A stretch of DNA of 64,000 nt from a virus. Where the stretch lies: IMG/VR virus record IMGVR_UViG_3300008266_000014, positions 1 to 64,000 of that record; one strand, given 5' to 3'. The stretch's first letter is position 1; each line of letters begins with the position of its first letter. Below the pieces are notes generated by a model that saw only the letters and a program-made list of their open reading frames with translations, did not search any database and was not told where the DNA came from. Shown piece after piece: positions 45,682 to 54,575 of this stretch. Made by a program: the position numbers and the translations under genes.

Positions 45682-48600
45682 TGGCATACATTGGAATAGA
45701 ACCTGGAAGTAGGTCGGTAAGAACAGTAACAAAGCATACTGCTACTGCTAATCAAAGTGTTTTTAATGTTAGTGGTGGATATGTCAAAGGGTTTGTTGAT
45801 GTTTTCAAGCAAGGTTTGAAACTTACAGAAGGCACAGACTATACTGCTAACGACAATCTAACAATCACACTGACAGCCAATGCTTCGTTAAATGACAAGG
45901 TAGATGTGGTTGCTTTCAGTCCATTAGCTATTTACAGCGTTGTATCAAAAGCAGGTGATGCAATGACTGGAAGCCTTACAGTTCCGGATATATCTTCTAC
46001 TGCTAATGTGATAGGGGCCAATGGATATTTTACACATTTGAAGGTAGATAGTAACACCGTTGTTAACAGCTCACTTTTTGTCACCGGCAACACTATTCAG
46101 ACAGGTGATTATAATCTTACCGGTAACATTAATCTTACAGGTAGTTTAACCATCACTGGTGCTGCAACATCTGTATCTACACAATCTTTGAATGTTCAAG
46201 ATTCCATTATTATTATGGCGTCCAACAACAGTGTTGATACCCTTGATATTGGTTTTGCGGGTAGATACAATAACGGTTCTGCGAACGTCTATACCGGTAT
46301 GGTGAGAAATGCTACCGATAAAGAATTCTATGTGTTTGAAGAATACGACACCGTACCAGGTAATGATATTGATATCAATGATGCGTCATTTAAACTTGCT
46401 AATCTTCATGCGAACTTTAACGGTAATCTAATATCAAATAGTGTCACAGTTGTTGCTCTCAATGCTACCAACGGTAACTTCACCTCTTCAATCACACTGA
46501 CTGGTGATGCATCTGGTTACAGACAAGATACAACTACAATATACGGAGGTGATGCGGGAGTTGGGTTTGGAAGACTAGAATATCACAATAACCAGTGGAT
46601 TCTTAACGCCGGATCTGATAGCTCTAATGTAGTGGCTTTCCAGCGAGGAAACCTAATCAAGTCGCACATTGATAACAATGGTGCCTATAATGGTCCTCTT
46701 GTTATTTCTGGTACTGTAACAGCGAACGGAGGAGTGGGTACTTCTGGACAGGTTTTAACTTCAAACAGTACTGGAGTCTACTGGTCCACTGTAACAGCTG
46801 GAGCAACTCCTGGTGGAACAAATACAACTATTCAGTTTAATGATAGTACTAATCTTGGTGGTAGTGTTGGGTTCACATTTGATAAAACAACAAATAATGT
46901 AGTAATTGCTAACACATTAACTGTTGGAACAGCGACAGTAAACTCCACGTTCTTCTCACAAACAGCTAACAATACTAACAATCTTGGCGGGGTAGCTGCT
47001 GCAAATTATGTACAAAATACTGACTCTAGAACTCTTTCTGGCAATCTAGTAATTTCAGGTACTTATTTTAATCCTGATTCTAATACAGTTCTTCTTGGAA
47101 ACAGTACTCAACGTTGGGTATTGTCTGCTAATACGGGATCCTTTTCTGGAGCAGTGTCAGGTATTACCACACTAGCAGCTGGAAACACAACTATTACTGG
47201 TTTTGCGAATGCTTCTGTTAGTGTCAACTCTGCTTTATTAACTGTTGGCACTAGTTTCATTGCTAACACTACAGGTGCTTACCACACTGGTACTATAAAC
47301 GCTGCAAGTTATACAACATCTGGTATTATTGCAAACACATCCGGCGTATATCCAACATCCAACACAGTTGGTACTGCCTTGGGTAGTACAACCAACAGAT
47401 GGAATATTACTGCTAACGCTGGCTTTTTCACCGGCCAAGTTGAAATTGATCATACATGGAATACAGCAACAGGTGCAGGTGCACTGTACCTTGATGCTTT
47501 AACAGGTAATAGAATTGATTGGAATACTACCGGCATTGCAGCTCCTGCAGTAACAACAAGAAGCGTTGGTACAAAACTGGTTCTTTATCCTGGAGTATCG
47601 GCCACATCTGTTGACTATGGTATTGGTGTTGAATCAAATCATTTATGGTTGAGTGCTGCTGATGCAGGTAGTGGTATTAAGCTGTACGCAAACACTACTC
47701 AACTTGCTGTTGCAAATATATCAGGCATAACAGTCAATTCGGGTGGCATCTTTCCAACTTCGAATACATCTGCAACTTCACTAGGATCATCAACTCAAAG
47801 ATGGGTGCTGAATGCTAATACTGGTTCCTTTGCTGGTGCTGTTTCAGGCATTACTACCTTGGCAGCAGGCAACACAACTATTACAGGATTTGTAAATGCC
47901 ACGTCAACAATTCAAGGTGGTTCAAGTTTAACCATTGCTGGTGCTGCATCAGGTATTACCACACTAGCGGCCGGCAACACCACTATTACAGGGTTTGCAA
48001 ATGCTTCTGTGAGTGTTAACTCAGCACTACTAACAGTTGGTACCAATTTTATTGCTAATACCACAGGAGCATATCATACCGGTACAGTAAATGCTGCATC
48101 GCTTACAATTGGTACCACCTTTATTGCTAATACAACCCAGGTTACTTTAACTGGTATTCCACTTTCTGCAAACGGGTCTGTAGGAACAGCGGGACACACT
48201 CTACACTCAAACGGAACCACGGGATCTCCGTACTGGGCAGCAGATGATCAGGGAGTTACATCAGTTGCATCCGGTGATGGTCTTACAGGTGGTCCAATAA
48301 CATCCACTGGTACATTATCTGTTAGTGCTCAGAGTGGTTTACTTGCTAACTCAACTGGTCTTTACGTCAATGCAACGTCAATTGCACTAGGCACTGTTCC
48401 AACAGCAAGACTGGGATCTGGTACTGCAAACTCAACTACATATCTTGCTGGTGACCAGAGCTGGAAAACAATTACTGGAGGATCTGGCACTGTAACATCT
48501 ATTGCAAACGGTGCTGGGTTAACAGGTGGAACAATTACCACTTCTGGTACTTTAGCAGTAAGTACAACCCAAGATCAAAGATTAACTTTTAACGCTGGTC

Positions 48601-49226
48601 AGTCTAGCGGATCACTGCTCAATGCTACCGGTAGCTTGGGTGGTATAGAACTGAACTGTGTCAGTGGTGCAAATGCAGCTTTTCTGGCATTTCATCGTCC
48701 AGGTTTATATGCTGCTTATTTTGGACTAGACACTGACAACCAATTTGCAGTGGGTGGTTGGTCAGCAGGGGCGGCTCTTGCAAACATGAAAGTTGGGTCG
48801 TTTGGTGTCGGCACTACAGCATCTGGTACCGCTGGCGAAATACGAGCAACAAACAATATTACTGCATACTTCTCTGATAAACGACTCAAAAAAGATATAG
48901 AACTGATACCAGACGCCTTGGATAAAATTAAATCCATATCTGGTGTTTATTATAAATCCAATGATGTTGCAAAGAAGTATGGTTATACTGATGAGTCTCA
49001 ACAGGTTGGTGTGTTAGCTCAGGAAATAGAGAAAGTACTTCCACATGCTGTAAAGATGGCTCCTTTTGATAGTAAATATGATTCTGAAGGAAATATGTAT
49101 TCTGAATCTGGAGAGAACTATCTCACTGTTCAATATGAGAAATTAATCCCTGTATTAATTCAGGCAATCAAAGAACAGCAGCAGCTTATAGAGAATTTGG
49201 AAGAAAAAGTCAGGAATTTGAGTTAG
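45681..49226 (+). CDS. long tail fibre with C-terminal intramolecular chaperone (peptidase S74)
   Basis: YFSDKRLKKDI...GVLAQEIE...YEKLIPVLIQAIKE; internal duplicated modules. Confidence 0.88.
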   Translation: MAYIGIEPGSRSVRTVTKHTATANQSVFNVSGGYVKGFVDVFKQGLKLTEGTDYTANDNLTITLTANASLNDKVDVVAFSPLAIYSVVSKAGDAMTGSLTVPDISSTANVIGANGYFTHLKVDSNTVVNSSLFVTGNTIQTGDYNLTGNINLTGSLTITGAATSVSTQSLNVQDSIIIMASNNSVDTLDIGFAGRYNNGSANVYTGMVRNATDKEFYVFEEYDTVPGNDIDINDASFKLANLHANFNGNLISNSVTVVALNATNGNFTSSITLTGDASGYRQDTTTIYGGDAGVGFGRLEYHNNQWILNAGSDSSNVVAFQRGNLIKSHIDNNGAYNGPLVISGTVTANGGVGTSGQVLTSNSTGVYWSTVTAGATPGGTNTTIQFNDSTNLGGSVGFTFDKTTNNVVIANTLTVGTATVNSTFFSQTANNTNNLGGVAAANYVQNTDSRTLSGNLVISGTYFNPDSNTVLLGNSTQRWVLSANTGSFSGAVSGITTLAAGNTTITGFANASVSVNSALLTVGTSFIANTTGAYHTGTINAASYTTSGIIANTSGVYPTSNTVGTALGSTTNRWNITANAGFFTGQVEIDHTWNTATGAGALYLDALTGNRIDWNTTGIAAPAVTTRSVGTKLVLYPGVSATSVDYGIGVESNHLWLSAADAGSGIKLYANTTQLAVANISGITVNSGGIFPTSNTSATSLGSSTQRWVLNANTGSFAGAVSGITTLAAGNTTITGFVNATSTIQGGSSLTIAGAASGITTLAAGNTTITGFANASVSVNSALLTVGTNFIANTTGAYHTGTVNAASLTIGTTFIANTTQVTLTGIPLSANGSVGTAGHTLHSNGTTGSPYWAADDQGVTSVASGDGLTGGPITSTGTLSVSAQSGLLANSTGLYVNATSIALGTVPTARLGSGTANSTTYLAGDQSWKTITGGSGTVTSIANGAGLTGGTITTSGTLAVSTTQDQRLTFNAGQSSGSLLNATGSLGGIELNCVSGANAAFLAFHRPGLYAAYFGLDTDNQFAVGGWSAGAALANMKVGSFGVGTTASGTAGEIRATNNITAYFSDKRLKKDIELIPDALDKIKSISGVYYKSNDVAKKYGYTDESQQVGVLAQEIEKVLPHAVKMAPFDSKYDSEGNMYSESGENYLTVQYEKLIPVLIQAIKEQQQLIENLEEKVRNLS

Positions 49227-49236
49227 TATTTTTATT

Positions 49237-49244
49237 CATAAATA
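49237..49244 (+). promoter_or_regulatory. late promoter variant
   Basis: CATAAATA in an intergenic gap. Confidence 0.55.
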
Positions 49245-49323
49245 CCATAAACCGTAGAATAAATAAAAGATGTACAACACGCAAATTTTTTTAATTACTT
49301 TAAAGATTTAATGGAGTAGGAAG

Positions 49324-50226
49324 ATGCCTTTAAATCCCAGTGGTCAGATAAGCATTGGTGGGTCTACAGTCGGACAATCTATTAACTTGGAATTAGGTAG
49401 AGCCGCAACTGCAACATCAAGTTTAAATGAATCAGCATTACGCACGCTAGCAGGTGTACCTAGTGGTGCAATATCTTTGTCTAATTTTTATGGTAAATCT
49501 AACCAGTTTTCTTTCAGTATTGCTGCAAGCACGAATAATCTTGATCTAAGAACTGCTGCAGTTAATGCAGGTTGGAATCAGTCGACTAAAGTTGTTGCCA
49601 CAATTAATGGCGGGGTAACTATTAGTTCTACCTCTACTGGATCTGCTGCAATGACTATTTCTGGATCTTTCCCAGGTGGTGTTGAGCTAATAAACAACGG
49701 TACAATTATTGGTCGCGGCGGTAATGGTGGAAGAGGTGGTGGATTTGCTCCAAGTCCGCCTACAGGTGGTACTGCCGCGGGTACAGGTCTTTCTGTTTCG
49801 ACTGCTGTATCAATAACTAATAATGGAACTGTTGCTGGCGGTGGCGGTGGCGGCGGTGGTGGTGGTAATAGAGTTGGACCACGTGGTATAGCGTTTGGTG
49901 GCGGTGGTGGCGGTGGTGGTAGAGGAGGTTCGACAGGCGGTCCAGCAGCTATACAATCATCTTACTACGGACAAGCTGGTCAGCCAGGAACTACTGCTGC
50001 AGCGGGAAATGGTGGAGCGGGTGCGGGTCCTAACCCGGCAAGCTTACCTGGAGTTGCTGGGGGTCCAGGTGGCGCTGGTGGATCTGCAGGAACCAAGGGA
50101 ACCAATGGAAACACAGCTACCCCACTTGGATTTGGTGGTGCAGGTGGTGCCGCGGGCTCAGCAACGTCAGGCGGGGGTAACATCACATGGTTAGTAAATG
50201 GAACAAGACTTGGTCCATTGAATTAA
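49324..50226 (+). CDS. glycine-rich adhesin (gp38-like receptor-binding tip)
   Basis: LINNGTIIGRGGNGG, GGGGGGGGGG, GGAGGAAG and terminal G.R.G motifs; follows an S74 fibre. Confidence 0.75.
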   Translation: MPLNPSGQISIGGSTVGQSINLELGRAATATSSLNESALRTLAGVPSGAISLSNFYGKSNQFSFSIAASTNNLDLRTAAVNAGWNQSTKVVATINGGVTISSTSTGSAAMTISGSFPGGVELINNGTIIGRGGNGGRGGGFAPSPPTGGTAAGTGLSVSTAVSITNNGTVAGGGGGGGGGGNRVGPRGIAFGGGGGGGGRGGSTGGPAAIQSSYYGQAGQPGTTAAAGNGGAGAGPNPASLPGVAGGPGGAGGSAGTKGTNGNTATPLGFGGAGGAAGSATSGGGNITWLVNGTRLGPLN

Positions 50227-50236
50227 GGAAACATAA

Positions 50237-50704
50237 ATGGATATTAAACACGAAATATTAGATTTTGAACCTTCTATTGGTGGAATATTGGTCAGGTATT
50301 ATACTGACAATTTCCCTTCTGGGTTTACATACAATATAGACCTTCCAGTTGTTGATGGGAAGTACCCAACCGAAGAAGAAATCCAAGAAATAATTAAGCA
50401 TTATGAGCCTAGAGGGCAGATAGAAAGAGCTCTTGCAATAGAGTCTACTTCTGTCCCAGCAAGCCTATTAAACCTAGTCAAACACACTGGACAAAATCCA
50501 GAAACAAAAGCTGTGAATGTAAGATTAGAAAGAGACGAGTTACTTAAGGATTCAGATTTCTCTCAGCTGCCTGATGTTCCATTTTCAGAAATTGAAAAAC
50601 AAGCATGGGCTTCATATCGCCAGCAATTGAGAGATATAACAGAGCAGGAAGGATTTCCAGAAAACGTAATATTTCCTAAGCGGCCTGATGAAGAACCAAG
50701 ATAA
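50237..50704 (+). CDS. tail fibre assembly chaperone-like protein
   Basis: R.ERD.LL..SD..QLPD.P...W..YRQ.LRDIT.Q.GFP..V.FP..P. Confidence 0.85.
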   Translation: MDIKHEILDFEPSIGGILVRYYTDNFPSGFTYNIDLPVVDGKYPTEEEIQEIIKHYEPRGQIERALAIESTSVPASLLNLVKHTGQNPETKAVNVRLERDELLKDSDFSQLPDVPFSEIEKQAWASYRQQLRDITEQEGFPENVIFPKRPDEEPR

Positions 50705-50715
50705 TTTAATATATT

Positions 50716-51255
50716 ATGGCGGCGGAGATCTGTTTACAGCAAATAATTCCTAAAGATCAACACTTAACTTTTTTAGAAGTGGGTGTACTAAGAGCAACAA
50801 ATCTTGTTGCTCTTGCAGAAGTTTACCCACATATCATCTTCACCGGTGTTGATTCATATGATGTATACTATGATTATTTACATGGGTATTATGTAACAAA
50901 AGAAACTAGTACCCTCAATAAATATCTCGCAGAACAGAATATATCAAAATCACGCCACAGAGATAGAATTAATCTTATTATCAAAGATTCATCAGACTAT
51001 AATAAAAGTGTTGATGATACTTCGTTAGATATTGTTTTTTTGGACAAAAGTTTAACTGAAAAAGAGATGATTCAAGATGTATTGGATTGGTTTCCCAAGG
51101 TAAAGTATGGTGGAATTCTTTGCGGACATGACGCATACACAAGAGGAGTAATGGAGGGAGCTTTCAAGGGTCTGAGGTATTTTCTAAGAGACGACCAACT
51201 TAATGATGTAAAAATTATTGATGAGGAAGTGTGGTATGTTGTCAAGACTGAGTAG
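50716..51255 (+). CDS. class I SAM-dependent methyltransferase (Methyltransf_24-like)
   Basis: FLEVGV, GVDSY, LDIVFLD, W.PKVK.GGILCGHD. Confidence 0.8.
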   Translation: MAAEICLQQIIPKDQHLTFLEVGVLRATNLVALAEVYPHIIFTGVDSYDVYYDYLHGYYVTKETSTLNKYLAEQNISKSRHRDRINLIIKDSSDYNKSVDDTSLDIVFLDKSLTEKEMIQDVLDWFPKVKYGGILCGHDAYTRGVMEGAFKGLRYFLRDDQLNDVKIIDEEVWYVVKTE

Positions 51256-51283
51256 ATTGATTTGAATTTTTTAAGGATTGATT

Positions 51284-51886
51284 ATGTTATATGAAGTTCC
51301 ACCAAGATACAATCATGAACAAAATTATGGTGCTTACTGGGAAGGATTTCTTACAGAAGAAGACATTAATCTTATTCTTGCCCAACCAGAATGGCTTGAT
51401 CTGAGTCTAGGGGAAGTAGCTGATGAGAAATTGAACTCTGAGTTGCAGGTTCGCCGGTCAAAAATTAACTGGCTGAATAAAAAACCCGAACTAGATGACG
51501 TGTGGGAAAAGATTGTTGGTGCTGTTGCTGATGTTAACAGTAGATTTTTTCATTTTGATTTGAGAGGTCTTTATGAGCCAGCTCAGCTCACTGTATATTC
51601 CGGTCAAACCCAGGATACATATGAGTGGCACGTAGATTGCGTTCCTAACACGTCCATAAAAAGACCTCCTCGAAAGCTATCATTATCGTTACTGCTTTCC
51701 GATCCGGCTGATTATGAAGGTGGCGACTTGATGATTAAATCTATTTCTGATGAACCCATGGTATTAGAACAAAGAAGAGGCAGAGCTTGGTTTTTTCCTT
51801 CTTTTACCCTCCACAGAGTTAGTCCAGTAACTAAAGGTATTAGAAGATCTTTGGTTTTGTGGATTGGTGGGCCTCCTTTCAAATAA
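51284..51886 (+). CDS. 2OG-Fe(II) oxygenase (PKHD-like)
   Basis: Y.WHVD, RKLSLSLLLSDP.DYEGGDL, FFPSF..HRV.PVTKG.RRSLV.W..GP. Confidence 0.9.
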   Translation: MLYEVPPRYNHEQNYGAYWEGFLTEEDINLILAQPEWLDLSLGEVADEKLNSELQVRRSKINWLNKKPELDDVWEKIVGAVADVNSRFFHFDLRGLYEPAQLTVYSGQTQDTYEWHVDCVPNTSIKRPPRKLSLSLLLSDPADYEGGDLMIKSISDEPMVLEQRRGRAWFFPSFTLHRVSPVTKGIRRSLVLWIGGPPFK

Positions 51887-51931
51887 CCGATTATTCTGTA
51901 ATAATAAATACTCCAAAAATAAGGAGTTATA

Positions 51932-52672
51932 ATGGCCGTCCCAACAACAAGATCTGAATTCAAAGAGTTTTGCCTAAGAAAACTAGGTAAACCTGTCATT
52001 GAAATTAATGTTGATGATGATCAAGTGGAGGATAGAATTGACGAGTCGTTAAAGTATTATTATGACTATCATTTTGATGGCACGGAAAAATTATATTATA
52101 AACACCAAGTAACAGCAAACACAGTTTCTGACAAGTATATTACCATGCCAGAAAATATTATTGGTGCTGTGAAAGTGTTTCCTATCAGCAATTCTCTCAT
52201 ATCCACAAACATATTTGATATCAGATATCAGATTGCGTTAAATGATCTTTACACTCTGACGTCGGTTTCTATGGTGCCATATTACATGGCATTCCAGCAC
52301 ATTCAGTTGATTGAGCAGCTGTTAGTTGGACAGCAGCCAATAAGATATAACAGACACACAAATAAACTCTTCATTGATATGAATTGGGACAAGGTAAAGG
52401 TTGGTGACTTTTTGTTAGTAGAAGCTTATGAGGTTATTGATCCTGCGACATACTCAGATGCATGGGGTGATAGATGGCTCCAGGAATACTGTACAGAAAA
52501 AATCAAGTATCAGTGGGGAACAAATCTCAGTAAGTTTAATGGGATGCAGTTACCAGGTGGTGTAACTTTCAACGGACAGGCTATTAAAGAAGAAGCAAAG
52601 GAAGCTATTGAAGCTCTTGAAAAAGAGATGATTTCTAGCTATTCGCTACCGGTCATAGACATGATTGGCTAG
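51932..52672 (+). CDS. 13: neck protein gp13
   Basis: CLRKLG.PVIEINVDDDQVEDRIDE, QWG.NL.KF.G.QLPGGV. Confidence 0.95.
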   Translation: MAVPTTRSEFKEFCLRKLGKPVIEINVDDDQVEDRIDESLKYYYDYHFDGTEKLYYKHQVTANTVSDKYITMPENIIGAVKVFPISNSLISTNIFDIRYQIALNDLYTLTSVSMVPYYMAFQHIQLIEQLLVGQQPIRYNRHTNKLFIDMNWDKVKVGDFLLVEAYEVIDPATYSDAWGDRWLQEYCTEKIKYQWGTNLSKFNGMQLPGGVTFNGQAIKEEAKEAIEALEKEMISSYSLPVIDMIG

Positions 52673-52682
52673 GAGATAAAAA

Positions 52683-53408
52683 ATAGCTACCTCGTTCTAT
52701 TTCAATAATTTTGGAGCAAGTCAAGAACAGCTCCTCATAGAAAATCTTGTTGTTGAATCCATTAAAATTTATGGACACGATGCCTATTATCTGCCAAGAA
52801 CAAGAGTCAATGATGATTTGATATACGGTGAAGAATCGTACTCCAAATTTGATTCTCAATACTTTGTTGAAATGTATATCAAGAATGTTGAGGGGTTTGG
52901 AGGGCAGGGTGACTTTCTTTCCAAGTTTAACCTCGAGATTCGTGATCAGGTAACTCTAACAATTGCAAGAAGAACATTCTTTGATGAGGTAGGCACATAT
53001 ACTTCATTCTCTCGCCCAAGAGAGGGTGATCTCGTGTATTTCCCACTGAACAAAAAACTCTTCGAGATCAAGTTTGTAGAACATGAAGCTATTTTTTATC
53101 AACTAGGATCTTTACAGACATTTGATCTTACCTGTGAGTTGTTTGAATACAGTAATGAAATATTGAATACTGGTATTCAGGAGATTGATGAAAAGCAAAA
53201 AGATATCACCTTCAATATGTCTGATTTTGCTATCAAACTGGAATCCGGACTTGCTCTTGCAGATGAAGAAGGATACGATTTGATTCTTGAGGCATACAGT
53301 TTAGATACGCAGGATCCAATATCCGATAACACAGATATTCAGACAGAGTCTGATGGAATTTTGGACTTCACAGAAATAGATCCATTCAGTGAAGGAGAAA
53401 ATTACTAA
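52683..53408 (+). CDS. 14: neck protein gp14 (probable ATA start)
   Basis: Conserved N-terminus (M)ATSFYFNNF...EQ.L.E.LVVESIKIYG.D.YYLPR is in frame upstream of the track ORF; also RPREGDL.YFP and NPFSE-like end (DPFSE). Confidence 0.88.
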   Translation: MATSFYFNNFGASQEQLLIENLVVESIKIYGHDAYYLPRTRVNDDLIYGEESYSKFDSQYFVEMYIKNVEGFGGQGDFLSKFNLEIRDQVTLTIARRTFFDEVGTYTSFSRPREGDLVYFPLNKKLFEIKFVEHEAIFYQLGSLQTFDLTCELFEYSNEILNTGIQEIDEKQKDITFNMSDFAIKLESGLALADEEGYDLILEAYSLDTQDPISDNTDIQTESDGILDFTEIDPFSEGENY

Positions 53409-54205
53409 TGTTTGGTCAGGTATTCTATCACGACACTATTCGTAAGTATGTAATCTTATTTGGCACTCTTTTTAATGATATCTACATTAAAAAGGGAGAT
53501 GGTACCGACATCACACAGACGATGAAGATACCAATTTCTTACGCTCCCAAGCAGAAGTTCTTGGTAAGATTAACTCAAGATCCAAATCTTAACAAACCAG
53601 TTGCCATTCAACTCCCGAGAATGGGGTTTGAAATGACTAAAATAAGTTATGCAGGTGAGCGAAAGCTTCCAACAATGAACAAAATAGCTGTTCAGGATCC
53701 TACTAATTCTAACAGACTTGCATATCAGTACTCACCAGTACCATATGATCTCGAATTCAGTCTGTACATCTTTGTAAAACAAGCGAGAGATGGAACAAGA
53801 ATACTTGAACAGATTTTGCCTTACTTTACTCCTGACTGGACTGCAACTTTAAATCTCGACAATACAATGCAGCATAAGTATGACATACCAGTGATACTAG
53901 ATTCAGTATCAAGTGAGGATTCATACGAAGGTAGTTTCACTGAGCGAAGAGCTATTATTTGGACGCTAAACTTTACTCTCAAAGGGTATATCTTTGGTCC
54001 CACAAGAAAGGCCAAACCAATTAAAACCAGCTTTATTAATCTTTACAGTATTGGTGCAGATCAGCCAATGAGTAACGCAGTAGGTAATACACAAATTTAC
54101 GACACAATAACGACTATCCCTACTGTTACAGGTAAGACTTTGAGTCAAGTAGAAGCAGATGATGACTACACAATCACCCAAACAATTGACCAATTCTACG
54201 AGTAG
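53408..54205 (+). CDS. 15: tail sheath stabiliser/terminator gp15
   Basis: FYH.TIRKYV..FG.LFN.I, LPRMGFE, EQILPYF.P. Confidence 0.93.
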   Translation: MFGQVFYHDTIRKYVILFGTLFNDIYIKKGDGTDITQTMKIPISYAPKQKFLVRLTQDPNLNKPVAIQLPRMGFEMTKISYAGERKLPTMNKIAVQDPTNSNRLAYQYSPVPYDLEFSLYIFVKQARDGTRILEQILPYFTPDWTATLNLDNTMQHKYDIPVILDSVSSEDSYEGSFTERRAIIWTLNFTLKGYIFGPTRKAKPIKTSFINLYSIGADQPMSNAVGNTQIYDTITTIPTVTGKTLSQVEADDDYTITQTIDQFYE

Positions 54206-54575
54206 TGATCCGATAGCGGATGCACTAGAGCTGACTCCTATTCAGGAAATCCTTCCTAAGGAAGTATCTACTACTGAAGCAGTCGACTCGGATTATGAAT
54301 TTGCAAGATCCAATCTCATTAATGTCATAGGCAAGGGAAGTGAAGCACTTGATGATATGCTGGGTGTTGCTCAGATGTCACAGCAACCAAGAGCGTACGA
54401 GGTGATAGCAACTCTAATAAAGACACTTTCTGATTCTAACAAAGATCTTCTTGAGTTATCAAAGAAAGCAAAGGAACTCAAGAAGGATGAGGATCAGGGT
54501 CCGAAGACAATCAATAACAATCTTTTTGTGGGGTCAACTGCAGAACTGCAGAAGCTTTTGAAAAATAATGAGTAA
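54159..54575 (+). CDS. 16: terminase small subunit gp16
   Basis: DYEFARSNL, PRAYEV, NNNLFVGSTAELQKLL. Confidence 0.92.
   Translation: MMTTQSPKQLTNSTSSDPIADALELTPIQEILPKEVSTTEAVDSDYEFARSNLINVIGKGSEALDDMLGVAQMSQQPRAYEVIATLIKTLSDSNKDLLELSKKAKELKKDEDQGPKTINNNLFVGSTAELQKLLKNNE

Noticed and set aside
49830-49930. GGT/GGC microsatellite-like run
   Set aside because: Explained by the poly-glycine tracts of the adhesin
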